Positions 1-12,549 are shown, counted from the first letter of the stretch. The stretch is 64,000 nucleotides of DNA from Balanoglossus misakiensis (GCA_040954595.2 CM082580.2:4702783-4766782); one strand, 5' to 3'. Program-made: numbers and translations. The notes: generated by a model not told the origin, from the letters alone.

Positions 1-41
1 AGTTTCAACTGTAATACATGGTGTGTGCAATATTGAACACC

Positions 42-783
42 TATTGCCTGGCCATGAGGGCCATAGCGGCCGTTTATTACCCACGAGGGGCTGTGAGTTA
101 CCAGAATCATATGCTATTTCCCGAGGCCGTAGGCCGAGGGAAATAGCATATGTTTCTGGTAACTCACAGCCACGAGGGGGTAAAAACGGCTGCTATGGCC
201 CGAATATAGGCCAGGCTATAGGTGTTTTATAATAAACCTCATGCTAACAGTTTGGAAAATCATGGAATTTTCTCTTGAGGTTGGCAGATGACATCTTCAG
301 CGGTGGCCATTGTGTCAGACGACGCAACGCTGATTGACGTGACCACGTTGGTCACGTGACCGGTTTATATTTTTTCTGCTATTTCCCCGGGGGTTCATAG
401 TCGATTCTATTTTCTTATCACATGACGGATTCTGGCGAATCACGACACAGTATTAGCATGAGGTATATTATACCTCATGCTAATACTGTGTCACATGAAA
501 GGAAAATTACAGAATCGACTATGAGGGAAATAGCAGAAAAAATATAAACCGGTCACGTGACCAACATGAGTTCACAGACTCGGGTCATGTCAATCAGTGT
601 CGCGTCGTCTGACACAATGGCCACCGCTGAAGATGTCGTCTGCCAACCTCAAGAGAAAATTGCAAGATTTTCCCAACTGTTAGCATGAGGTTTATATAAA
701 ACACCTATGGCCTGGCCTGTATTCGGGCCATAGCAGCTGTTTTTACCCCCTCATGACTGTGAGTTACCAGAATCATATGCTAT
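42..783. mobile_element. Nested fold-back (palindromic) non-autonomous DNA element in a NEK intron
   Basis: Long inverted repeat ~144-465 / ~470-783 centred on GAGGTATATTATACCTC. It overlaps a second hairpin ~42-125 / ~135-230 centred on CCGAGGCCGTAGGCCGAGG. Confidence 0.75.
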
Positions 784-881
784 GCAAAATATGGGAAAAG
801 GTTTTTAAGATTTTCAATGCAATTTGGTAATTTATGAATAACTTTATGAACAAGACATACACAATAACAACATACACCTAC

Positions 882-3073
882 CCAAATATCTGACTTGTTA
901 TTGTAGGGAATATCCTGACACAACTCAGGACTAAGATAGCAGGGTGTTCCCACACATGTACTGGCTTTATCTATGGTATAATCTAGTGTCCTGGCTATTC
1001 CAAAATCACCTGCAAAGAAACACATAAATGAGGGGTTTTTTTTAAAGGACAAAGTCTCTCTCTCGCTGCCCTTTTCCCATTAATTATGTTTGATAAAAGA
1101 CACGGTTTATGTTATTCTACATGTGGATATATAGCGAATAAACGTTCAGCCACACACACAACTTCTATCCCGCTTGTAGGATGGGAGAGTAAAAAAATCG
1201 CCAAAATGAATACATGGGGATGAAAGTTGTGTGTGGTCAAAAGTTGATTCACTATATATCCACATGTAGAATAACATAAACATGTCTTGTATCAAACATA
1301 ATTAATGGAAAAGGGCAGCGAGAGAGAAACTTAGTACCTTTAATGGCTGTAGAAAGTGAGATAGTCCGTTCAAATATATTCCCTATGTTTTTCATCAAAC
1401 AGCACTTCCCACTTCTGTCTTTTATTGCATAACATGTCTGCGGTCACGATTTATAGAACACATCTTTTCCAGAATTATTTCCGATACAAATCTTAATCCC
1501 AAAAAACATCACAGAGAGGAATAATATACTTGGAAACCTACCTAACTTGATAACTTCTTTCTTTGTAAGGAAGACATTTTGGGCTTTGAGATCTCTGTAA
1601 AATAGTTAATATTTTGGTTATGAAAAATAATGCTCATGATACATTTGTACATACACTGGAACCTTCAAACAAATTTATATCTGAAGATTTGAAGCATTTT
1701 ATCAGAAAGAATGCAAGACAGAAATCAGAGAGCATAAATGTACTGATGAGTAAATGTTCATTTATTATTTTCCTTATCACACTTTATGTTGTAAAACATG
1801 ATCACGTCCGTCTAATTTTAAAATATCTACCAGTATTTTCAAATGTAGACTGATCAAACTTCAGAAACAAAACACTCTAGAGAAAAAGAAATGACACAGA
1901 CATACCTATGAAGCACTTTCTTGGTATGGATATACTGTACTGCCATGGCTATCTGTATAAACCACTGCATAACTTTACTCTCCTCTATGTAATTATTCTT
2001 GGCTCTTGCTACCTGTAACTTTTCATCCAATCCTCCGCCATCACAATAATCCTAATGATGTAAGAATGTTTGAATGTTACTTTGGCGAGTAGCAACTGCG
2101 AATTCATTTGGTGGACTATCTGATCAATTTGAAAATCTGAACAAACTGATACACTCGTATTCTGTACTGCAAGAATAGAACATTGTCATGAAAACTGTGT
2201 AAAAGTTACATGGATTGCAACTAATTTTACATTAGAACGAATTAGATGTGTGACACACACCACAATTCACTTGAGTTTTCTCCAGCAAAAAAAAACACCC
2301 CAATTTGTTGACAAAAAACAGTAAAATCATTTATTACATGTGTCATATGACAGAAGCAATACATGTACTTGTACATACCTGTACAATGCAGAGATGCAAT
2401 CCCATTGCGTCAAAGAACGACTCATAGTAAGTTACTATGTGTGGATGCTTCAGTTTTGATAATATCCTATCAACAGATACAGGAAGAACAATGACTTTTA
2501 GTTTGGTTTTATATTTAATTTTTAACGGCAAACATATATGTGTGCAAGCAGAAATGACATCATCTCATGGGTACTGTAAAAATTAATTTTGGAAATCTAT
2601 AAACTCAGATGTTTGGTACAGAATAAACTACCAACTGTAGTAGAATATGTGCAGTGGATATACAAAATGATATCAAAATATGCCCGCTAAATGAAAGTTA
2701 TATGAGCTTTAAATTATAAATTCTAACCTGGCTTCTCTGAGGACAGCTTCCTTTGTCCGTGTCTTTTTCTTTTCATCCAACTGTATCTTCTTTAAGGCAA
2801 GTAACCTACAGTCATTAATAATCCAATACATTTGTACGTAATGAAGTCTGTTGTTATAGTAATAAGTTTGATTTCCCGAAATTACAAGACAGAGTCTGGT
2901 ACAAGTACTGTAAAATGGGAAATTTTTCGCGATTGGAAATTTTCGCGATATCAAAAGAGGCAACTGTTACACGACAATTAATTTTCGTGTTTTGATATTT
3001 CACTAACTGCATTGTTATCGCCTAAAAACATTTTTACGCAACTTTGTATCTTCACATTTTGTTTTTATTTGGG

Positions 3074-3105
<32 letters not shown>

Positions 3106-3349
3106 CTCCTGCAAAGTTTGAGAACATTTCCCATTTTACAGTAATTTTACAAGTTAAAAAGTAAAAGAATGTGTATGTACTACAATATGAAGAATATAGT
3201 TTTAAACAATCAATTTTGGTAAGAACTTATAAAACTGTGATGATGACAGTAAATTTGATTACTTACTTTTTATGTTTTTTACTTCTCACCAGGAAGACAT
3301 CGCCTCCCGTACCATGTCCCAATGTAGTTACTATATCATAGTCATCCAT
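882..3349 (-). CDS. NIMA-related (NEK family) serine/threonine kinase, N-terminal kinase-domain exons; gene continues beyond the left edge of the window
   Basis: Exons 3349-3267, 2805-2728, 2466-2379, 2051-1906, 1594-1542, 1009-882 are all GT-AG and in frame: [21 protein letters not shown]...LLALKKI...[25 protein letters not shown]...IVQDYCDGG...[29 protein letters not shown]...[12 protein letters not shown]...[25 protein letters not shown]. HRDLKxQNVFL, DFGIAR and GTPxYLSPE are NEK signatures. Confidence 0.92.
1046..1339. mobile_element. MITE with long TIRs and TTAA target-site duplication (Kolobok-like AG...CT termini)
   Basis: TTAA|AGGACAAAGTCTCTCTCTCGCTGCCCTTTT...AAAAGGGCAGCGAGAGAGAAACTTAGTACCT|TTAA; about 100 bp of imperfect TIR; second copy at ~7905-8190. 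Confidence 0.8.
2906..3143. mobile_element. TA-flanked MITE (Tc1/mariner/pogo-like) with CTGTAAAATGGG TIRs
   Basis: TACTGTAAAATGGGAAAT...ATTTCCCATTTTACAGTA. Related copies at ~6998-7163, ~12615-12785 and ~53840-54027 share AAAAGTCGCGTAAA and AGTTGCCTC motifs. Confidence 0.75.
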
Positions 3350-4758
3350 TGCATCTTAGGCTGTTCAGCATCTGTTGCTGTATCAGTTGGCTTTATCACA
3401 TAGCCCAGTCCTGCCAAGTTATTTCTGAAGTATCTTCCAAAACAGTATATTTAACAACAGAAGATTGTCTCCTGGATGGCAAGGAGCTGTAGATGTTGAC
3501 ACTTACAAAGCAGACAGGTGCTGTTTTTATCCGAGACCTAAGCCACTGCTGTCATTTTTACCTCTTACACGTATCTGTTGTAAGGAAACAAAGGCAGACA
3601 CCAGTGAAATATGCATGCATACATGTACATGTAAATTTATCTTGGGTGTTTAAAATTATAAACTACCAGTATACCTGACTGTATATGAAATTCCTTCAAA
3701 GATTTGGATCTGTCAGTGTTATTTACATGTACAATGTACTTGATATTTTTATTTGTCAAAAAGCTATTTTTTCCCAGTAACTTGACCACCTAGTGTGGAG
3801 GCTGCTATGGTATCATGGAGGTACTACTGTAGTACCTCCATGATGGTATCAACTGTCACTCGGAGATGTGTATCTGGTAAGGTGAGATACAGTTTGATTA
3901 AAATCAGATGTAGGGTATGGCAACGTCTCTTACTTATATATTGGGCTACGGTATTCTTTTTTGCTGTCGCCTCAGCATAAGAATACATTTTACTTTTACG
4001 AGTGATATATTACACTACACTACACTACACTACACCATTGTTGAAATATACAATGACTGGTGTTTCTGCTTGACATATCTGATTTCACGTACAAAATTTC
4101 AATCAATATCACTGACCAGTAATGCACCTGTGCTCATCCACTCCCTAAAATGTTGTTCGAGTTTGTAATGATTGTAGATCTCTGATCAGGTACGAAGCTA
4201 TACACCCCGAGCTACACCACCGGGTTGACATAAACAACATGAACAATAGAAACCCATTGTCTTGCACTCTACTACAAAAGTACGAGGTCCTGCCTGCAGC
4301 ACAGTGCACAGTACAGGTGGATGTGCGGATAGGTGTGAATGCAGACTCGTGTAACATTTTCCGAACGACTGCGAAATTGCTTTCATTAAACTGACCTAAT
4401 CAGGTAAATTTCCTACCGGGCGTACTTGGAATCATCTCCAGCGACCAGGTTGTGTCTTTGCCCGAAAAGAGTAAACTATAACAACAACTGAAATATTCAA
4501 CAGTCGGGAGCCATCACCTCTATTTTTAGTTTAAACCAATGCGTTATTTGTAGCTCGTAAGTTCGCTTCTGTAATTAAAATGAAATACAAGCATGAAATA
4601 CAATATTTTATGCAATCAATTTGCACAATATATTACAAACAAATACGTGATACAATTGACACTCTAATGGCCATTTAGAATTCGAAATAAATTGCAATTA
4701 CTTACGTCCCTATCGTATATGAATAAGAGTACTGTAAATAGACAAATCTTCAACCGAG

Positions 4759-7700
4759 ATGGCGACGACTCCAATGGTAAATTCGGGAAAATTGAGTGCT
4801 TGATTTTTACCCGTTGCCTCTGATGAAAGGTTTCTTGATTTTTTGTATTTTAGGTTGATTTTAACATTTGTTGTGATTTTCTTTCGTTTCAGACCGCGGG
4901 ATCAAGCCTGCAACCAAATAAAACGTGGGGTAAGTGAAAACTTATCAGGGTTCACTTCTCGAGCGCAAAACACTCGGTCAGCTCAGCGAGCTTGAGTCAC
5001 TGAGAGAGTAGCCAGTCGTTCATTCAAAATACAATATCAAAACGAACGATGTTTCCTTTTAGAATATGAACATTTAAACGAAATTAACTCCCTGGCGATG
5101 TAACAATGACAGACGTGTTGCGACGCAGGAATTATTTGATACGGGTTTAATAAGATGTTGATTCCGCGAATTATATCACTCAGCATTCAGGGTCTGTTAT
5201 GATTACACGATACATGACTCTGACCATGGAGGTTACTGGTAGAATGTGCAAACGTGTTTAAATACCCTACTGCTTGAGGATCAGCTTGCATAAAGATCAA
5301 CAGGACTATCAGCAGGTCACTTGGCAATATATTACTGCTGGTTCTTCTTGACTGTCGTATGACCGGATACGTGATAATGCAAATTTCTATCTACATGTAT
5401 TTCAAAGCATGGTTCAAACAGTCCATTGATACAGTGTTGCCCAAATGCAATTAACTAACGGTGTAACTTGCAAGGCGTGCTAATATAACTGGAGGATTTC
5501 AGGAAAATTATTAAAGTCAGCATTTAGAAAATTACACCGAATCTGCAGTAATTAGTTGTTGTTTTTTTTAATTTGAATGATGAAATGTGATGAACAACAT
5601 CAGACCATCTGACTTCAATAGACATAAATGTTTGATCTGTTTTATTCACTTTATAGAATTAAGTCTGTATGAACTTCACCGCACACCACAGGAAGCAATT
5701 ACTGATGGCACGGAAATCGCCGTATCTCCTCGTAGCCTACACAGTGAATTGATGTGTCCAATATGTCTGGACATGCTGAAAAACACAATGACAACAAAGG
5801 AATGTTTACACAGATTCTGCCAGGAATGTATAACTACTGCTCTCAGAAGTGGGTGAGTGATAAAAATGCCTGTTTGGTGTTTAGTTTTGTTTAAAAGTTT
5901 AGTTTAAAATCAGATGTAGGGTTACGGCGACATCTTTTACTAACTTGGTGCGGTATTCTAATGTTGTCGCCTCACACTACATCTGACCAACTCCCATTGA
6001 AGCTCCTGTTGAAATCTCATGCTTTACTGGGCCAGTAAACCAATCAGAAGGCGCCTTATAGCGAACGATTGATATCCCAATTATCACATGACCTGTCCCA
6101 TTGCGGCTGTCACCACCCAATCTGATTGAAATCTGATGTAGGGTACGGCGACGTCTTTTACTTACACGGTGCGGTATTCTTATCTTGTCGCCACACACCA
6201 CAGTCAGATTTTGTCGTATTTGCAAATAAATTAATGTGCTATTCCAAATTCCATCTTCCAGCAACAAAGAATGTCCGACTTGTAGAAAGAAGCTGGTGTC
6301 TCGAAGATCTCTCCGACCAGATCCCAACTTCGATGCTTTAATATCCAAGATATATCCAAGTCGAGATGAGTATGAAGCGCAACAGGTAAAGTCTATAAAG
6401 CTTTTGCTAAAAGCTGCCACACATTGGAGAAATTAGCTGAGCTAAAAGTCATTTGAGGAACCTTGTTCAGCTATTTTGCATCACGTGAGGCAGTCTTGAG
6501 TAATTTTCCTCACAAAGACAGTATATCAAACACGGTGAATATTTTGCTATATGGCTCAAAATTAAATTAAATACCCACATTCGCCCACACAGTAGAGGCC
6601 GTGGCATCCTTAAGTAATCATGATCCACATGCATTGTAGTGTAGTTTAATGGTGTAATGTAGTTTAGTGTTGTGAAGAGTAGTGTAGTCATGTGTAGTGT
6701 AGTATACATGCCAAGTTAAAACCAGTAAAGTTAATTTTTCAAACCAACATGTTGCATCATTGTATTATTGTATCTCTTCTTCATGAGAGTTTGAAGAGAT
6801 CGGCCCCGACTTGGTTCTGACTAATGAATATGGCCGTATGTGTTTTTTTTCCCCAGGAGAAATTGCTAGCTCGGCTGAATAAGCACCACAATCAACAGGC
6901 ATTACAGAACAGTATTGAAGAGGGTTTAAAAATACAAGCCATTAACAGAGCACAGAGAGTGGTAAGCACCATAGTGTGGATTCACTTTGAAAAGATACAC
7001 TGTAAATCGGGTTATTTTCGCGAGCAATAAATTTTCACGAAATACGCGAGAGCCTACAAAATAAGAAAATAAAAAGTCGCGTAAACATGTTTTTTCGGAA
7101 ATTACAGTTGCCTCGTTTAATATCCTGAAAATTTTCTGTCACGGAAATAACCCATTTTACAGTAGATACTGGTTGGATATACTGACACTTCATTAACTAG
7201 TTTGCTAATGCTGGTTTCGAAAGTACCATCTACAAAAGTTTTAATGTGGCATTTGATTTCAAATGAGAGGTAAAGTCATTAGGTATAAACAATTCATAAT
7301 ATAAATAACTACTAATGCAAGAGTCATCACAAAGAAGCCTGTATAAAACACACATGTTTGAGGCTGTATTTGTTTTAAAAAAGCTGTCTGACAATGCTAC
7401 CAAGAAAGAAAACCTGTATGTTAATGTGTGCGCAGAGATCGTGTAGTCTACTGCCTTATTTTAGTGTTAGAGCGTAATACAGCATGGTTTCATGACTCAT
7501 TGACTTTTCATTAAATAGCGCAAACAGCAAGTGGAAGAGCACAGTATGGAAATGTCACCGGACAGTCCAACAGCGGTGCAACCACCGGTCGCCGGTGCTG
7601 AATCGCCAGTGACAGAGAATGGACAGACGTTGCAGCCGTCTCCGAAGAAACCCAAAACGATATCCGATGAATCTGGGCCGGACGTCGATCCCGACGAGCA

Positions 7701-9343
7701 TGATTCCGTCGGCGAAGGTTGTTCGGAGGTCACGGAATCGCTAAATGTGAGTACCGGTATTTGCAGGATTTTTCACCCGATGCATTGTTTTGTGAAATAA
7801 ATACTTGCAGTTTCTCACGGATTGTTCCTTAACCCTTTCACCCCCGGTACCCTCTTTAGAGGTCCAGCCTTACCATAGACAACAATGGGCTTGGACTGGT
7901 GGCCATTTTCCATTAATTATGTTTGATGCAAGACACCATTTATGTTATTCTACATATGAATACATGTATATAGTGAATCAACGTTCGACCACACTCGCCA
8001 AAATGAATAAACTGTTGAGACTGATTATTCATTTTGGCGAGTTTTTCGCTCTCGTATCTACAAGTGGGATGGAAGTTGTGTGTGGTTGAATGTTGATTCA
8101 CTATCTATCCACATGTAGAATAACATAAACAGTGTCTTGTATCCAGCATAATTAATGGGAAAAGGGCAGCGAGAGAGAGACTTTGTCCCTTTAATAAATA
8201 TAACACACCACAGTGTTCAACTGCCTCAATCCGGCGTACTACATAGCTATAATTTAAACTAGGTTTTCGATGACACTGGTTTATTCCAGGAAATAGAACT
8301 GGTGTTCAAACCGCATCCGGATGAAGAGGAGGCCAGCGAGCCAACGTCCGCACAAACACGGTTCATCAAAACAACAGCCAATGCAACTATAGACCACCTG
8401 GCTAAGTATTTGGCCATGAGAATGGCGTTGGAGAATGTTAGAGAGGGTAAGTTGCCCAGACAATTTTTGTTAATTAAATTAAATTAAATTAAATTAAATT
8501 AAATTAAATTAAAAGTATGTTTTGTAGATCAGTATGGAATATGATTCTTTCATGCAAGGTTGCAAGGTCTTGAATTTTAAACTATCAGAAAGTATTTGAG
8601 AAATTTCAGGAAATCTGATTTGTTATTAATTCTATTGTCAATGAACATGGAAAATGTAACTGTGGGACAATTATTTTTTTTTACTAGATTCAGTCAATGG
8701 AGATCATCCACACAATGATGACTCTGAATTCACTATCTATATTGCCAGTACTCCAGGCCAGTATACAGTAAGTCAGTTGTAAAACGTTTTCTGAGAGTTT
8801 CAGTGTTAAAAAGTATGATCTGGACAGGGTTCCATTTCACACCAGATCATGCTTTATTATACAGTTTATGGGAGACGGTATTTGAATATTTTGAATGCAA
8901 CAGATATTGCACTGTGAGGATTTCTGAAGCAATCTCCTTCACTCAATCCTTTGAAGGATCTTCCATTTTGATAAGATGGGGTCCAACTTACTGTAGTCTG
9001 TTGCTTTGTATAACATGAAAACTCGAAATTCCGATTGACATCAGAGGGACCATTGTTGGTGGATTTGAGGTAATACCTGACTGTATTGTCTGATAACTTT
9101 AAAAAAATTGAATGCTTGTGGTGGTTTATTTGAACTAGAGCAAATATGTGATCTATATGTGATCTATAACAAATTCAGTTCTATAACAAATGAGGCAAGT
9201 CTTTGTCCATAAGATTTTCAATCAATTTCTTATTCTTGCTGCAGGACCTGAATGGTGCTATGACACTGGACCAGGTGAATGAAAGGTATTGGAAAGTCAA
9301 CAAACCGCTAGAAATGTTTTTCTCCTGGAAGAAACCGTCGTAA
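4759..9343 (+). CDS. RNF2: E3 ubiquitin-protein ligase RING1/RING2 (PRC1 catalytic subunit; Sce/RNF2 ortholog)
   Basis: Exons 4759-4776, 4893-4929, 5657-5852, 6262-6385, 6857-6961, 7519-7746, 8290-8446, 8688-8767, 9245-9343, all GT-AG and in frame. [21 protein letters not shown]...[75 protein letters not shown] is near-identical to vertebrate RING2. The C-terminal RAWUL domain reads [10 protein letters not shown]...[18 protein letters not shown]...[16 protein letters not shown]. Confidence 0.97.
5904..6210. repeat. Short structured dispersed repeat (AAATCAGATGTAGGG...TGTCGCC), two copies here plus one at 3898-3975
   Basis: Similar ~75-bp segments at 3898, 5904 and 6128, with internal inverted pairs TCAGATGTAG/CTACATCTGA and GCGACA/TGTCGC. 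Confidence 0.6.
6998..7163. mobile_element. TA-flanked MITE, same family as 2906-3143
   Basis: ACTGTAAATCGGGTTATTT...AAATAACCCATTTTACAGT terminal inverted repeats; shared internal motifs. Confidence 0.65.
7905..8190. mobile_element. MITE, second copy of the 1046-1339 family (one end truncated)
   Basis: Shares CATTAATTATGTTTGAT...TATGTTATTCTACAT and ends AAAGGGCAGCGAGAGAGAGACTTTGTCCCT|TTAA. Confidence 0.75.
8470..8513. repeat. (TTAAA)n microsatellite
   Basis: About 8 tandem TTAAA units. Confidence 0.85.
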
Positions 9344-10650
9344 ACTTGCCAGGAACGTGCGGGATTTTTCTATATCAGCAAAATAGCAAACAATGATTGA
9401 AGACTGGTCTCTGAAGTCTGCGGAAAGATGCTAACTTAGTTGAACACACCAGCAAGTGTCTGTCATTTCAAAAAATACGGGAAAATTGGTTCTGCGATGC
9501 GTGGAGCAGAAAGACCATGAAACACTCTTTGCCTGGACAAATTAGATGTACAACTTCATCATACAAGATTTGCAACATAGTAAGGCTGGAAATGGTTGTA
9601 ACGCAAATCCATCAGAAGTGGGGGTTTTTTCCAAGTCAGTTTCAGTACAAAAAAATGCTGTATTTGACCTTCGTCAATATTCCCTATATCATTTTTGTTG
9701 CTCGTTAAGTACAGTTTTCATCAACGTTTTCTGGTCTTGTACATATTTCAATAGTTTTTGGTAAATGCTTCAGTATATAATTGTAAAAGTTCATTTTGAT
9801 GCACGTGTACGACTTTGTAGGCCATCTTTGGTCGTCTTTGTAGAATCATGTCTACACCCACGTACATATACTGGACAGATTGAAGTTTGAAGTCTGCCAT
9901 GCGGTTGACAAGGCCTTGTTTGACTTTATAGCATCAAAATACACACTTTGCTTTATTCTGAGTTTGTTCAGTAACTCACTTTATGCTGATGAATTACGGG
10001 TTGGCATTTTTCGTGATCGCTGGAGGGAATGAACAGATGACCCTACTGCTTCTTGGAGGCCAGAAAGTTCAAGACAGTGGTCGTGGCATTGACTTTGATA
10101 TTGTAACCGTTAGCAAGATGCCTTACTGCCTCCCAGGAGTGGTGTAAAACCTCATGCCAATGCAGGAAACACCCGTTGGCAGTTTCTGGTCCGTGCAGAT
10201 CTTTATTATCTGTGGGCAAACTCTGGTCATGAAGGAATGGCAAGCTCTGTCCAACAAAGGGAAAGTTAGCATTGGTATTAGAACTGGCAAATGTGATGAT
10301 CGCAGGGAAGAAGTGGTCAAATGATTATATATCAATCTCTGTAATTTCATTTAGTTGTCAACATCCTTATTCTATTGTGCTGTGATGAAATCAAGTGTAT
10401 GTGATTTTCTGTTTGAATTGCATTATGTTACTGTTCCGTGACTCCATAAAGTTATAATGAATGATTTCCGTCTATGTTTAATTAACCTTACCATAGTTTC
10501 AAGTATTTTTTTATTTGTTGTATCAGTGCTTATACAGTTTTAGTTTTTTATATTTTGACAAAGAAGTAGAGACATAAAAAGATCGTGGACTGGGAAATTG
10601 TTGCTCTGAGTGATAGATCTGGCATTGCATCATGGGAAGTACTAGATTCT

Positions 10651-10669
10651 TGGCCAGTAGAGGGCGCAC
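10651..10669 (+). promoter_or_regulatory. Candidate CTCF binding site
   Basis: TGGCCAGTAGAGGGCGCAC closely matches the CTCF core consensus (CCASYAGRKGGCRS). Confidence 0.45.
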
Positions 10670-10930
10670 TGCGTGAGCATGCAAACAACCCGTCTTCATA
10701 CCAGACTTAGGAAACAGTGTATGGTATTGTTGCATTTAGCTGTGACGCTGTAATATTAAAAAAATAATCATGGATTTATCAGAAATTTTTTGTGTATATG
10801 TTATTGTACTAGTGCATATTTGTGTCAGGTGAATGTCTCATACATCTGTATCGGCCATATTGTATACAGCTTCTCAAATGTATCTACATGTTTTCTGGTA
10901 TCTTATACAACTCAATGTTGTAGATTCCCA

Positions 10931-10936
10931 AATAAA
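10931..10936 (+). terminator. Probable polyadenylation signal of RNF2
   Basis: AATAAA about 1.6 kb after the stop codon, followed by U/GU-rich sequence. Confidence 0.45.
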
Positions 10937-11448
10937 GAACACTGAATTCCTATTGTATATGATGTATTTTTAATAACGTATGCTTCTGACAAAGGATTGT
11001 GTGAAGCGTAAAATTACAGTCCTGGTGAGACATGGCTGTATCTAGGTTAATTACTTGATAAGGTATGTTATTTTGTTTCTAAAATTACCATATCAGTTGA
11101 TCAATTCATACTGGTACACGTATAAAAATGCACAAATCTTGTGAAGATCATTAATACTCGAAATCTGCAAACCACTGTTCAAATTAACTGGATTATCGTT
11201 TCTTGAAAATGTGACTTTTTTCAGTAAAATCACAAAAATGACCCAGGAGAAAACAATATTACGAAGAGTATACAACTATCGGGGGGTATGTGTCGCCCAG
11301 AGATGACAAAAAGATGCAAACGCAGAAAATGTGGTGCAGGATTTTAACGGGTATAGAGAGAAGATTTGTAGTATTTTATTGTGGTAGAAAATATGTGAAA
11401 TATTCCAGCTCATGAGGCTTTAAGACGAGATGATATTCAACCATATAT

Positions 11449-12549
11449 TCAGACACCAGTCTCTCCAGTAGGAACAACAGGTGTGTTGATGGGGTCCTGA
11501 ACACCGATATGAAGCTGATGGTTGGCAATCTTATTGGTTTTACCAAACAGTCCATTCAACCCGTCTCTAAATTCCTGGTACTTCAGGGTGTATATCACAG
11601 GGTTGACGCAGACGTTGCAGAACGCCATGATGATGGTGACCTCGAACCATACGCTAAATAGATTGATGTCGACACCCATGTTAAAGCGAAAGTATTGGAT
11701 CTGGTTGGGGGACAAGCAGATCACGTACGTCGCGAACACAATCGCGAGTGTCTTGATGACGTTTCTTTTGGCCCGTGCTGACGCGCCCTCTACTGTGTGC
11801 GAGCTGCTGGTTGAGCTGGTGGTGGCTTGTCCGGATCCCAGGCTCCTGGGACCAGTGTGGCGTGCTTTTGTCTGCCTTCTCAGCACCAGAAAGATCCTTA
11901 GGTAGGTGAAGGTCATCATGAAAAGCGGGATGAGGTACGTGATCAAGAACGCCATGACGCCGATCGCCCGCTGCGCAGCCACGTTCGGCCAGGCAGGGTA
12001 GCAGTTGCCATCGATGACGGTGTTGACGCCGGCCCAGTAGCCCAGCCAGCAGAAGGACACAGTCCAGGCCACCACCATCAGCGCCTTCGCCTTGGTCCTC
12101 GTGAACCTGTTGTGGTGCAGGACCGGGTGGACCACCCCCATGTAGCGCTCGAAGGTCAAGAACGCCAGGTTGAGCGTGGAGGAGTTGAAGCAGGCCCAGA
12201 GCGGGTAGTTGGAGACCCACATCTTGCAGAGAACGTCGCTGCCCGTCCCTCCTCCCCGCTGCGCGATGCTGGGGAAACAGAAGAGGGCGGCCAACAGGAT
12301 GGAACCGAGCAGGTCGATGCACGACTGGTTCAAGATGAAGTAACCGGTGAGAGTGCGGATTCGCTTCACCCGGACGACAACCAGGATGACAAGCAGATTG
12401 CCGCCGATTCCGACTACGGAGATGATGCCAAATATCGTCTTCAGGACCGTTTCACTAATTCGAATGTTCTTATCAACATCGTCGGCGGTGTCCACCGTGG
12501 ATGTCGCATTTTCACCCAGGGTGTGGTTCGTCGATTGATTCGTATCCAT
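11449..12549 (-). CDS. Class A (rhodopsin-family) peptide-type GPCR, galanin/allatostatin-A-receptor-like, intronless CDS
   Basis: ORF with seven hydrophobic segments: GNLLVI (TM1), ILNQSCID (TM2), ERY (TM3), YLIP (TM5), CLSP (TM6), NPVIY (TM7), plus N-glycosylation sequons NQS/NHT/NAT. The true start is likely the ATG at 12549, just downstream of acceptor TTTCAG at 12557. A putative non-coding first exon ends at donor 12812, with TATATA at ~12905. Confidence 0.92.
   Translation of the reverse strand: MDTNQSTNHTLGENATSTVDTADDVDKNIRISETVLKTIFGIISVVGIGGNLLVILVVVRVKRIRTLTGYFILNQSCIDLLGSILLAALFCFPSIAQRGGGTGSDVLCKMWVSNYPLWACFNSSTLNLAFLTFERYMGVVHPVLHHNRFTRTKAKALMVVAWTVSFCWLGYWAGVNTVIDGNCYPAWPNVAAQRAIGVMAFLITYLIPLFMMTFTYLRIFLVLRRQTKARHTGPRSLGSGQATTSSTSSSHTVEGASARAKRNVIKTLAIVFATYVICLSPNQIQYFRFNMGVDINLFSVWFEVTIIMAFCNVCVNPVIYTLKYQEFRDGLNGLFGKTNKIANHQLHIGVQDPINTPVVPTGETGV

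Noticed and set aside
5977-6420. 147-aa minus-strand ORF
   Set aside because: Antisense to RNF2 exon 4 and intronic repeat sequence; no homology recognisable.
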